Shown: piece after piece, positions 9,001-17,904 of the stretch
Numbering within the stretch: the first letter of the stretch is position 1
Layout of the letters: each line of letters opens with the position of its first letter
IMG/VR virus record: IMGVR_UViG_3300049924_000058
Span: 1-40,255 of that record
Direction: 5' to 3' (one strand)
Length of the DNA stretch: 40,255 nucleotides
Origin: a virus
Lineage: Duplodnaviria; Caudoviricetes
Notes under the pieces: model-generated
What the model saw: only the letters and a program-made list of their open reading frames with translations
What the model was told of the DNA's origin: nothing
Databases searched by the model: none
Position numbers and translations under genes: made by a program

Positions 9001-12000
9001 CGGCCCTTAGAGGCTAGAAGAGCATCCACGCCTTCCTGTATAGCAGCCGAGGACGTAGCGTAAGACCTGCCGCTAAGTATCTTAGCGATTAGCTTATCAA
9101 TCATAGAGTCTACACCGCGACGTAAGTCGTCGGAAGCAGCTATAACTGCGTCTACGCCAGCAGGATTACCTGTGGACTGAGCCCAGCGCTGTCTGAAAGC
9201 CGTACGCATAACGCGTCTAGCGCTAGGAGTCATACCGACTTCATCGTGAGCAATAAGACCTAGCATCATCTGGTCTCTTACAGCCATGTCCTGTGTAAGC
9301 TCATCCATAGCTAGATTCAGACGCTCTACACCTCCGTTAACATCCGACAAGGATGCTGCAGCCCAGGCTTCGGCCTGTTCCTTAACTGTACGTACGTTCT
9401 TGTGTTTGCTTCTATCCCATATCACACGGGAGAGCATGTTCAGTCCTACGGTAGCAGACATAGCAGAGCGCAGCTTAGAGACCAAGCCTCTATCTGTCAC
9501 TAATCCTACGGCAGCGTTAACGTCTTCTTTAGTTAAGATAGACTTAAATGTCTTGAAGAAAGAAGCCTTGGTTGAGGAGTCTAAAATAGAACCGCTTTCA
9601 AGGAAGCCAGTGTCTTGGTCTTCTTCTGACTTGTCTAGCAGACGACTCTGCATCACAGGCCGCTTACTAACTGGCTTAGCAGGACCGCCCTTTAATATGA
9701 TGACGTCTTTGGACGTGTAGGCTGAGGGTTTCAAAGAGGCGTAGTATTCAGGATTCTCGTAAGGCACGTAATACCCATCATTCTGTCTACTGCTTACCAG
9801 CTCTCCACCATCGTAGTACTTAGTGCTAGCTCTATAAGATATGTCAGCATCATTCATAAAGTAAGACTGGCCTAGATACGGATCTTTAGTAACATCAGGC
9901 TCTCGTGCATCATCAGGCAGTAGATTACTAGCTCCTGTGAAGTACTCGTCTCTTTCTAGAGCTTCCATAAGCTCTTCTGAGTCCGTCTGTGCTGTCTCTA
10001 TCTCTTCTTCAAGTTTGTCGATAGCCGCATCCATCTCTTCTATTGTATCGAACTCTGTGTCATCTAGAGAGGTGTAATCGTATTTGTTTTCAAAGGCGTT
10101 AGGATCTTTAAGAGCTTTCTCAGCTTGCTCGTAGACGTCATCATCATTAGGCCTATACTTATTGGCCTCTAGAAACCTACGACCTATGATTAAAGCAGCA
10201 GTAAGTTCTGCTTGCTGTTTTATGGCAGGAGTAGTTAGATTATACGCGTTGTAGGTATCGCCTTTATAATCGGTAAATAGAAAGTCTTCTTTCTCAAGAC
10301 CTGACAGCATTCCCAGCTCTTCCGCAGCCATCATAGAGGTCTTAAATTGAATCTGCATGTACACTGAGTTTACACGTTGTGCTATATGTGCAGCAAGTAG
10401 GTCCTGCATAGAACCAACTGGGATGATAGCATCTTTGAATTCTAGTCTACCTGAAGAGGTAGTAGAAACCTTTCCGTTCTCTCCTCGTACAACTACAGGA
10501 CGGCGAAGAATAATCTTTCCGTCTACCGTAGGAAGCTCCGGCATTATGCCTGTGTCAGCTTCTATAGCCAGCATGGCGTCAAATAGAGTGCCGAGGTATT
10601 TGTTATCGTCTACCATAGTAGGAGACTTGCCAGCAGCACGTAGTCTGTCGTAGACCATCTTCTGCATATTGATTAGAATGACATCCCTACTTTCTACAGT
10701 TGGGGAAGTTACTTTAGGTCCTTTATTTCTACTAGTAGTTTTATACATAGTAAAGATCTTACCCTCTTCCTTGTAACCTACACGCTTAACGATGTAATCA
10801 CTATACCAAGTATTACGAGCATCAGTAACTGTGCCTAGCTTGATGTTCTTAAGCAAGGCTATTCTGTCTTTCTCTTCTCCGCTGTGCAGAGCAGCTGATA
10901 TGTTATCAGCCAGCTGCTGCGCGTTAACATAGGCCAGGATCTTAGACCGTAGGGACTGCTCTGCGGAGTTGTAGTCTTTAGTTTTCTTCTTGGCGGAGTA
11001 CGGACGGTTAGCAAAGATAACATTTAATCTTTCTCTAGAGCCTGGCTTACCTGCCATAGCAGCATCATATTCCTTACGGAGCTTGGCAACAGTAGCCTTA
11101 AATCTAGCCTCCATAGTATTACTTTCCGCAAGCTTTCTACGGTGGGTTTCTGCCTCTACTTTACTACCGAATACTTTTTTATCTTTTACTTTAGCAGCTT
11201 CTTTCTTATCTAGAGCAGCTTGGATAGCTCTGTCGTGCTTAGCCTCTATGTATTGTCTGAACTCGTCTTCAAGCGCATCTGTGTTGCTCAGTATATACTT
11301 AGCTTTGATTCTCAGCGCTTTAAGAACAGAAGCCGAAGTATCGGAGCCTAGAGTATACATAGAAGCCCACTTTGTCTTGGTAGACGGGGCAGCACTGTCG
11401 GAAACACCAAAGGCACCAGTAGCCCCAATCTCTGCAGTCAGATCAGAATCAGACATAGCGCCTACGGCGGTGCCTTCCTGAGCAGCTAACTTGTTAGCAG
11501 AGTCTATAAGACCTGCGTTACCTTTAGGTGAGTAGATAGGAAGGGTGGTGTATATATTTCCTGCGAGACGGTTCTCTCCGTCAGCCATAGCGATGAAGTT
11601 ATCCGCTAGAACCTTAGTGGTAGCGCTGAGCTGAGGAACAAAGGACAAGTCTACAATGTCACGCTTCAAGGCGCCATCAATGTCAGCATCCTCTATACGC
11701 TTCTCTACCTGAGACAAAGCAATGACGCTATCTACGAAAGTTTCGTAGCGTTGTCCTGCTATTGTGTTCGACTCTAGAATACCACCAGAGACTTTATCAC
11801 GGACATACTTGCCCACGTCAAAGTTCTCTAGGTGCTTAAGCGTAGAGGTGTAGTTCAGGGCTCCTTGAGTTGTAGCCAGGATGAACATAGGCTGCAGCTG
11901 CGGAGTGTTAGCCATGTTAGAAAGGGCGGTGGTGTAGTACCCCAGGACTTCTAAGTAGTAACGGCTTGTGCCTGGCTTGATGTCTATAGACGCGACAAAG

Positions 12001-15000
12001 CTCTTCATGGCTTTCCATAAAGGGTCATGCGCAGCTTCCATCTGCAGGTCTATGTCTTTGAGTTGGTCTAAGCTAACGCCAGCTTCTAGGTCTTTGTCGT
12101 GCTGGAACTCGTGACGCACGGCGTCCATAAAGTTAGATGAGCTTCTCAGCAGTAGCGGAGTTTGTTCTTCGTAAAACTTCTGCATAGCAGCTCTGCGGGC
12201 TTTTACAGTCCACGCAGAAATCCCTCTAGCAGACTTAGCTAGGGTTTCACGCTCAGCCTTACGAGCCTCTAGGTTCTTACCAGTGAACTCAGCTAGGTTG
12301 ATGTAGATAGTTCTACTGCCTTTATCTATCTGACCTTCTTTAGTTGTAGCTTCGTCATAAACTAGATTAATCTTACCTGCAGCAATTGCCTTAAGTACAG
12401 AGTCTATCTCAGCTGCATTAGACGCACGGCGAAGCTGCTTAGCAACAGCTAGGCGCTGGAAGAAAGACATGTCCTTGAAACGTTTCTGCTTAGGACGCTT
12501 AGACAGATCTCTGGCAGAAGCTTGTTCTTCAGTAGTACGTCTATTAGCTTTGGTATTAGAGTCGGAGTCTAAGATATTAAGTCTTTCGCGCAAACGATCT
12601 CTTTTTTTAGTCAAAGAATCTACTGCTTTTTTATACTCCTTGAGCAGTGCTTTCTTGTCAGCCATATGTTTTTTATAATCTGAATCTCGCAAGGCGCCTT
12701 CATCGTCGTTATAGTTATACGGATCGAAACTATACTCGTGCTCACCTTTAGCAATTTCCCATGCCTCAGCTATAAGCTTCTTATCGGTGTCTATATAGCT
12801 CAGTTCTTTTGTGGCTGCTGCGTGGCGTGCGTTTCTAGCATTGAGTATCTCACTAGCTGGCTTTTTCTCTTCTTTTTCTTTCGGGGCAGCCCTGTCCATA
12901 AACTCAGCCCTAGCTGCTTTTACTTTCTCCAGGGCTTTGGAAGTCTCCTCTTTATGCCTAGTATACCAAGCTTTGTCGCCTACCCTCCTCTTAACTCGTC
13001 TAGCTAAGGAAGCGGCATTTAACTCGGCTTTACCAAACATAGGATCATTATTATTGAATTCAGCGACGCGCTCGGCCTCTGCTCTTATATCTTCTTTACT
13101 GGCCAGCGCTATAACAGTACGAACGTCTGCTATGTCTTCAGCAGCAGTAAGGCCGCCATTAAGCAATATACGTCTAGGATTCTTTAAGACGGCCTCTGGA
13201 TCTGTAAGGCTATCATTTAAATCCTCGCCAATATCCTCACCCATTCCTAAAGCTTCTAATTCACTTTTAATGTTATTAGAGAGACGCTGCCTATTGTCGC
13301 CAGAAAAAGAAACCACTTTAGTATCTGAGTCTAAAAGATCTGAATCTTTTTTAGGTCTGGTTGCTAGCACGTTAGCTCTGTCTACAGCAGTCTGTGCCTC
13401 TCTTGACATTATCTTGGCTAAGTTTTCATCACCATTAGTGAAGGCCTGGTCAGCATTATCAAACTGACGCTCAGAGAACTCTCTTAGAGCCTCTTCATCT
13501 TTAGACGCACGAATCTTGTCTATAACAGAAAGAGTATCTCTACCATCAACTCCCTTTCTGAAAGAGCGTACGCGAGCTTCTAGATCAACAGCTTTCTTTC
13601 CTTCAGGACTATTAGCAACCTCTTCGGCTTGCTTACGCTGCTTAACCTGCTCGACACGAGCGTACTCTTTCTCGAACTCGGCGACTAGTTCTGGGTTAGA
13701 ACCGTCAGCCTTAGCACGAGCTACTTCCTCACCGTACTGTTCTAAGGCAGCGGCTTGTTCTTCTTGTCCGCTATTGCGGAGTTGTTCTATAGAAGAGCTC
13801 AGAGATCCTCTGACACTCTTAGTAAAGTCTTCGTCTTTCTGTTTCTGTGTAGGCACTTCTGATGTAGGGTCTACGTCCTCAGCATACTCCACCTTATCTT
13901 TCTTAGGAGGGATGACTGCAGTAGAATCTCCAGGCAAGGGTACTCCAGCGACCTTAGATTCTTGTGAGCTAATGCCGTTAGATTGTGTAGCTGTAGGTGC
14001 GTGCACTTCCTGCATAGCGGCGGTAACGGAAGGGATCTCAGGCATGGAAGAGAGATTCTCAGCTTCCTTAGACTTCATCTTACTCGCTAGAGCTACGTCT
14101 TGTGCCGCTTGTACGCCAGCAGATGCCGAAGATAGAGTGCCGGAAGTCAAGCCTCCTAGCACCGCACCTTGGACCATAGCGCCGCCTACGTTCTGTAGAG
14201 CAGCTTCGCTGTCCCATTTCTTATCGTTTACAAGCACGTTGCCTAGGTACGTCTCCGAACCACTAGCAATGGATTCCTCAACAGACTCGGACGCTGTGCT
14301 CTTCGCTACGTCTAGCAATCCGTTATCTAGATTCTGCCCTAGACGCTGCTCTATAGTACGACCACCAATGCGGAAGATCTGCTCTGTAACGAAGTTAGCG
14401 CCCATAGAAATGTTACCTGCTATGGTAGCTTTACGTTCTACTTCTTCTGCACTCAATTCAGGCTGCTCAATAGCCAAGCGTTGTTTAGTAGCATAGTACG
14501 AATCGGCACCAGCGCCGGCATTCTCTATGGCGGTAGTAGCTATGTATCTACTGTTGCGCTGGACTGCTCCAAGCACTGGTAGGTTCTTAGCAGACTGCGA
14601 GAACTTCTCTATAGCAGCGCCGGCTTTAACAGCCTTAGTACCACCTATCAGAGCGCCGAACTTTCCTAGGCGGCCTAGAGGCACTACACCTAGCATCTCT
14701 TCGCCGACTTCGCTAGCCACATCTCTAGCTGCCCAAGCAGGGAGCTCAGAAGCAAGCTTAAGCCACGAAGATGCAGTAGCGCCTTTAACTTGTTTTAGGT
14801 TGTTGTATTCAGCTTGAGCGCGAGCTAGCATGACTTTGGCATCCTTTGGATTGATGCCGGATCTAGGATCTAAAGTAGCCGCTTCTGCCATAGCAATATT
14901 ACGTTGAGCTCGACTGATCTCGTCAGCAGCAGCTTTAGACTCGTCAAGACCTACACCGCCTGAGCTCTTATTTCTCATGTGCTCGATAGCAGCGATTCTA

Positions 15001-15539
15001 TCACCTAGCTGATAGAGTCTGTTGTTCTTAGTTGTTTCGTTTCTGTCAGACTCGTTCAAAAAGCCAAGGGCATTGAAGTATGATTCATCCTTTCTTGCCA
15101 TACGCACAGGGGCTTCTACAAGAGCATTACCTGTGCGCTCAGTGCCTTCAACCACAGCACCAGCCGTAGCCTTAGCTACGTCTAGTCCGGAGATAGCTTT
15201 GTACTTACGTTCTAGACGAGCTCTCCACGCATCAAAAGACTCTTCCACGTAGTTGCCTTCCGCGTCAGTAGAGGCAGTAAGTTTCCTAGCATCAGGGTCT
15301 TCTTTAAGACGGTCAGAGTTGTAAGAAGTAGCTTCTTTGATGCGAGCTTCTGTTTCCCTACTTGTGGCTTCTTTTTCAGCCTTATCTTGCTCTTTCTTCT
15401 TCTGTAAAGAAGACAGATACTCTTCTGCTTTGTCAGACTCGAGCACGTCCAAAGGAACGTCCTGAATGACGTCCCCGTATGCCTGACGTAAAGCCCTATT
15501 TCTGTTTAACTTTTCTGCTGTAGTCCGAGATATTTTCAT
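6069..15539 (-). CDS. Giant (3156 aa) internal virion/ejection 'polyvalent' protein with HExxH zincin-like motif and C-terminal thermonuclease (SNase) domain
   Basis: Sits after the nozzle and small ejection genes. Ala/Gly-rich hydrophobic segments near the N- and C-termini; HEFQH at 12099-12113; DADT...VRLQNIDAFE...GQEG...GRIVA at about 6160-6470. Confidence 0.8.
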   Translation of the reverse strand: MKISRTTAEKLNRNRALRQAYGDVIQDVPLDVLESDKAEEYLSSLQKKKEQDKAEKEATSRETEARIKEATSYNSDRLKEDPDARKLTASTDAEGNYVEESFDAWRARLERKYKAISGLDVAKATAGAVVEGTERTGNALVEAPVRMARKDESYFNALGFLNESDRNETTKNNRLYQLGDRIAAIEHMRNKSSGGVGLDESKAAADEISRAQRNIAMAEAATLDPRSGINPKDAKVMLARAQAEYNNLKQVKGATASSWLKLASELPAWAARDVASEVGEEMLGVVPLGRLGKFGALIGGTKAVKAGAAIEKFSQSAKNLPVLGAVQRNSRYIATTAIENAGAGADSYYATKQRLAIEQPELSAEEVERKATIAGNISMGANFVTEQIFRIGGRTIEQRLGQNLDNGLLDVAKSTASESVEESIASGSETYLGNVLVNDKKWDSEAALQNVGGAMVQGAVLGGLTSGTLSSASAGVQAAQDVALASKMKSKEAENLSSMPEIPSVTAAMQEVHAPTATQSNGISSQESKVAGVPLPGDSTAVIPPKKDKVEYAEDVDPTSEVPTQKQKDEDFTKSVRGSLSSSIEQLRNSGQEEQAAALEQYGEEVARAKADGSNPELVAEFEKEYARVEQVKQRKQAEEVANSPEGKKAVDLEARVRSFRKGVDGRDTLSVIDKIRASKDEEALREFSERQFDNADQAFTNGDENLAKIMSREAQTAVDRANVLATRPKKDSDLLDSDTKVVSFSGDNRQRLSNNIKSELEALGMGEDIGEDLNDSLTDPEAVLKNPRRILLNGGLTAAEDIADVRTVIALASKEDIRAEAERVAEFNNNDPMFGKAELNAASLARRVKRRVGDKAWYTRHKEETSKALEKVKAARAEFMDRAAPKEKEEKKPASEILNARNARHAAATKELSYIDTDKKLIAEAWEIAKGEHEYSFDPYNYNDDEGALRDSDYKKHMADKKALLKEYKKAVDSLTKKRDRLRERLNILDSDSNTKANRRTTEEQASARDLSKRPKQKRFKDMSFFQRLAVAKQLRRASNAAEIDSVLKAIAAGKINLVYDEATTKEGQIDKGSRTIYINLAEFTGKNLEARKAERETLAKSARGISAWTVKARRAAMQKFYEEQTPLLLRSSSNFMDAVRHEFQHDKDLEAGVSLDQLKDIDLQMEAAHDPLWKAMKSFVASIDIKPGTSRYYLEVLGYYTTALSNMANTPQLQPMFILATTQGALNYTSTLKHLENFDVGKYVRDKVSGGILESNTIAGQRYETFVDSVIALSQVEKRIEDADIDGALKRDIVDLSFVPQLSATTKVLADNFIAMADGENRLAGNIYTTLPIYSPKGNAGLIDSANKLAAQEGTAVGAMSDSDLTAEIGATGAFGVSDSAAPSTKTKWASMYTLGSDTSASVLKALRIKAKYILSNTDALEDEFRQYIEAKHDRAIQAALDKKEAAKVKDKKVFGSKVEAETHRRKLAESNTMEARFKATVAKLRKEYDAAMAGKPGSRERLNVIFANRPYSAKKKTKDYNSAEQSLRSKILAYVNAQQLADNISAALHSGEEKDRIALLKNIKLGTVTDARNTWYSDYIVKRVGYKEEGKIFTMYKTTSRNKGPKVTSPTVESRDVILINMQKMVYDRLRAAGKSPTMVDDNKYLGTLFDAMLAIEADTGIMPELPTVDGKIILRRPVVVRGENGKVSTTSSGRLEFKDAIIPVGSMQDLLAAHIAQRVNSVYMQIQFKTSMMAAEELGMLSGLEKEDFLFTDYKGDTYNAYNLTTPAIKQQAELTAALIIGRRFLEANKYRPNDDDVYEQAEKALKDPNAFENKYDYTSLDDTEFDTIEEMDAAIDKLEEEIETAQTDSEELMEALERDEYFTGASNLLPDDAREPDVTKDPYLGQSYFMNDADISYRASTKYYDGGELVSSRQNDGYYVPYENPEYYASLKPSAYTSKDVIILKGGPAKPVSKRPVMQSRLLDKSEEDQDTGFLESGSILDSSTKASFFKTFKSILTKEDVNAAVGLVTDRGLVSKLRSAMSATVGLNMLSRVIWDRSKHKNVRTVKEQAEAWAAASLSDVNGGVERLNLAMDELTQDMAVRDQMMLGLIAHDEVGMTPSARRVMRTAFRQRWAQSTGNPAGVDAVIAASDDLRRGVDSMIDKLIAKILSGRSYATSSAAIQEGVDALLASKGRYLYQTYHKFSISSAQVWEKAIKVAIDSAKSDPRGFARPYTGLAGFMTKTSIQTIALVDTAVSAVVDSWENGTATAFSSSRPDGWDNLNSEQKRNAALLALESWFKDSKVIDSGITLDTSKTSLGAGALEAKVLEGPENKPFRDLLGEMHDYGRRVSESVENQINMINGLSMLEALHRQGVLVPLDQIPAGQESLYVRAPLSRISSTYSNMVVHKDFEYVLKNMATRDPVETAIQAALADDAKSFTNAIAVKGLNTFAKFVGYFKMWSVFTAGKLWAAVGVGALSFGLKATFSGKIIKDATTISKMWLANRAGAPIDPTDPLFEDYMYIMASEVIDSAMFAEIGVESKTEDFDAAQRLLGGATSSLDKAGQATELAKANVIAAWTFVEAIPKIAAVLQTRKEINKYKSAMGQAPLTAAEAGNKVRREFPSAKGMPIGLKFFDRIGLSMFLGFTYQTLYASTVGLTQNVADAASMIKEAKSAGNGDALAASSLHLTSVLARTAAQWAAIYGLMTLLRAGLEFPEEELKDEEKKLKRMAEQNFMPSEDPNFMVFIGMSEAGTPIYSNLKMIVHPLDVADTLIKRAIAALSPGAREDVLTVLKDTWPSGFLADMALEGKTLDNTWDRITNAGLLKAINSVNKFGGDPTPDNTMGFMFHIFGMTEIDPFKRIQNVQWGAVSALQNKNDPEANTLHKFMKDQIAADYSMNISQMTEEMEPMLDRIKMKHLDFYNTTMASYKASKMTKKEFLDGIKDDTGLGELRDKTAGVLKGADLKDKEAVEHKKAFVEGAAPDFYKANKKGLLDTTTISPLGKLGPGRREDAGQHAIANRNKASMEDVLFGQPKPIKEFTARVTGAHDADTIHVTDANGRTFKVRLQNIDAFELSQKIDNGTVAIGQEGAAYIKKLLKDDQVRIIQYGTHKGRIVARVITKDGKDLGTVVAGEGYAIMTDVDDLNEGEYPTGAESINAKAPSVYRKDTDD

Positions 15540-15566
15540 GTGTAGTGCGTAGGTCTCTTAAAATTA

Positions 15567-16334
15567 TTATTGTGTTATGAGCCGGCCATCATCGCCTATT
15601 TCATCAGTGTCAGGGAAGTACAAATATTCAGCTCCCTCGTCTAAAGCGAGTATGGCTTTCTCTTCACCCCTCTCATATCTGCGTCCTAGATCTGCCCCAT
15701 TCTTAAAACCATACCTTTTTAGTAAGGCTTTAAATGCAGCAGTATCTTTAGCATTTCTGAAGTACACGCTTTTATTCTTGGCTAAAGATTTGCCTATAGC
15801 GTCTACGTGATCGGGCATTGGGATCTTATCTTCCTTGTCTCTACCAGAGCGCTCGGAAGCCCGTCTGGAGGCGTCCATTCCTGCTTTTTCGAGAGACCAT
15901 TTCTCTCCCATAGTAGCAGTAGCGAATTGTTCTTGCTTTAGGTTATTTCTTTTAATCTCAGAGTCGTACTCGTCGTCCTTTGCTTTTTGTTTCTTAGCAG
16001 CATCGTACTCTAAAAACTGGCGTATAAGACCAGGATCATTAACCTGTTCGGCATCAATAGTTACATTGCCATCAGCCCCTCTGCGCATAACTGTACGCAT
16101 GTAGTTACCACCATTAGTAGTATACATGCCCTTGATGTCGGTAGCCTCCTTAACTTTCTGGTCTGCATTCCACTCTTCCAGGGTATCCGCTTTTCTATCA
16201 GCGCGCTCAAGGGCGTACCTGCTCTCTTGGTACTTACGAGCATCCTCTATACGTAATTTGACAGTGTTGTCTTCGCGAAGCTTATCTAGTTGCTTAACAC
16301 CCTCTCCTGCAAAACCTCCCCAAAAAGCAGACAT
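15567..16334 (-). CDS. Putative internal virion (ejection) protein
   Basis: N-terminal MSAFWGGFAGEG followed by charged helical sequence; GGAGG SD; gene position. Confidence 0.6.
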   Translation of the reverse strand: MSAFWGGFAGEGVKQLDKLREDNTVKLRIEDARKYQESRYALERADRKADTLEEWNADQKVKEATDIKGMYTTNGGNYMRTVMRRGADGNVTIDAEQVNDPGLIRQFLEYDAAKKQKAKDDEYDSEIKRNNLKQEQFATATMGEKWSLEKAGMDASRRASERSGRDKEDKIPMPDHVDAIGKSLAKNKSVYFRNAKDTAAFKALLKRYGFKNGADLGRRYERGEEKAILALDEGAEYLYFPDTDEIGDDGRLITQ

Positions 16335-16335
16335 A

Positions 16336-16770
16336 TTACATGCCTCCCATTTGGTCTAGGCCGCCCGGAGCTCCCTGTTGAGGAGGAACCTGTTGGGGCT
16401 GTCCTTGCGGAGGAGCTTGTTGTCCTTGAGACTGTGCTTGCATTCCTTGCTCGATTACCTTTACTAGAGTGGCGAAGATCTCATCACTGAACTCAGGAGG
16501 CATATCAAAATGCTCTTCCATCATATTCAGTAGAGTCTCTACAACTCCGCCCTCGCGCAGGAACACTTTCATGTCCAACTGCATGTTCTTTTCTTGGGCA
16601 GCTGTAGCCACTTTCATAATAAGCTCGGCTAGGAATCTACCTAGAGGCTGTGCAGGATTCTGTGAGTCTAGGGCATCCTCTACGATGTTCCATCCGCCTT
16701 TGTTCATCAGCTGTAATACCAAAGGCATTATCTTAGCTAGGCTAGGATCTTGAGTTTTATTATCTTCCAC
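16336..16770 (-). CDS. Hypothetical virion-module protein with Q/P/G-rich tail
   Basis: GGAGG SD with GTG start; 1-nt spacing to both neighbours. Confidence 0.65.
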   Translation of the reverse strand: MEDNKTQDPSLAKIMPLVLQLMNKGGWNIVEDALDSQNPAQPLGRFLAELIMKVATAAQEKNMQLDMKVFLREGGVVETLLNMMEEHFDMPPEFSDEIFATLVKVIEQGMQAQSQGQQAPPQGQPQQVPPQQGAPGGLDQMGGM

Positions 16771-16771
16771 A

Positions 16772-17290
16772 TTAACCTCCAGGCATTGTTACAGAGCCGA
16801 TAGTAGCCTGGCCCGCTTTTTCTTGATTCTTAATCTTGACATTCTGCTTCTTCTGGTTACGGTGAGACACGTAATCGTCAGAGTTAGGCATCTTGCCTAG
16901 AGCTGCTGGTTTATACACATCTTTATAACCAGGAGCAATCTGTTCCATAGTATTGAACTGGTTGTAGTTCTCAAGGCCCATACGTCTCTCGCCTTTATCC
17001 TTACGCTTATACCAATCTTGTAAGGCCATAGCATAGCCAGTTTGAGCTAGGTTATTCTGTTGGTTAACCTTCTGGTCGGAGATAGCTTGGCGTCTAGCTG
17101 ACGCAGCCTGTATCCCACTCAGTACCATACCGGCTACCATGCCTACCGGACCACCAGCAAGGCTAGCTAAGCCAGCCATACCGCCCCCGGCAGCAGCCCC
17201 TCCTAAAAGAGCAGATCCGCCCATAGCAGCTCCAGGAGCTGAGTACATTGCTCCATCCAAACCGCCAGGCATTAAAGAGTCAAAGTTCAT
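16772..17290 (-). CDS. Putative DNA ejection/pilot protein (P22 gp7 / T7 gp14-like architecture)
   Basis: Gly/Ala-rich hydrophobic N-terminus (GGPVGMVAGMVLSGI) then Q/N-rich helix; located after the nozzle. Confidence 0.6.
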   Translation of the reverse strand: MNFDSLMPGGLDGAMYSAPGAAMGGSALLGGAAAGGGMAGLASLAGGPVGMVAGMVLSGIQAASARRQAISDQKVNQQNNLAQTGYAMALQDWYKRKDKGERRMGLENYNQFNTMEQIAPGYKDVYKPAALGKMPNSDDYVSHRNQKKQNVKIKNQEKAGQATIGSVTMPGG

Positions 17291-17904
17291 TAGCCGCCTC
17301 CTCCGTTAAGACCTTCACCGAAGAAGTTACTCATAACGTTCTGCATGTTAGACATGAAGAAATTAGTCATTCCGTTGATGTAGGATGGTGTATAGACATC
17401 AGGCTCTTGTGCAGCCATCATCGCAAAGTTATCAGAAAAGCTCAACGCACTCTGTAGAGGCAGTAGCTTAGCTGAGTTGTAGAAGTCATTCAAAGAGTTA
17501 GTTCTATCATAGATCCTATTAACTATACCTTGCGAGGCTTCTATAGCCCCGCGCTGGGAGTTGCCAGCCGCGATGCTGGAGTTCAGCAGACCTCTCTTAG
17601 AGGCGTGCTCTAAGCCCATCTGTCTAGCATTCTGGATGTAGGGGTTGTCTGAATTAAGAACCAGATCCTGAGTCTTCATCATATTGTCGGCAGACTGTTG
17701 CCAGTTCTGCTCGTTAGTAGGAGTAGACAGACTCATGCCTTGCGGCTTATATGAGTCTAGTGCTCTGTCAGCAGACGTGGCTCCTGGTTGGTTGTAGGCT
17801 CCGTTAGGGTTACCGGTACCTCCCTCAGTCATGGCGTAATTCTGCCCCTGTCGCAGTCTGGCAATGACACCTGCCACACCGCCGCCGTCTAAATTGTTAA
17901 GCAT
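17290..17904 (-). CDS. Putative internal virion protein
   Basis: N/Q/G-rich; ASKRGLLNSSIAAG motif typical of phage ejection proteins; overlaps both neighbours. Confidence 0.6.
   Translation of the reverse strand: MLNNLDGGGVAGVIARLRQGQNYAMTEGGTGNPNGAYNQPGATSADRALDSYKPQGMSLSTPTNEQNWQQSADNMMKTQDLVLNSDNPYIQNARQMGLEHASKRGLLNSSIAAGNSQRGAIEASQGIVNRIYDRTNSLNDFYNSAKLLPLQSALSFSDNFAMMAAQEPDVYTPSYINGMTNFFMSNMQNVMSNFFGEGLNGGGG

Noticed and set aside
6831-15252. Long + strand ORFs (e.g. 13516..14496, 12811..13467, 10990..11481) opposite the giant gene
   Set aside because: Ser/Leu/Ala-rich antisense shadows caused by codon bias; no SD or motifs. The same applies to the + ORFs opposite the other late genes.
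6069-15539. Giant ORF as an N4-like virion RNA polymerase or crAss-like RNAP
   Set aside because: Size and the N4-type capsid suggest it, but I found no convincing single-subunit RNAP motifs (R..K..YG, catalytic Asp motifs) and no DFDGD-type motif.
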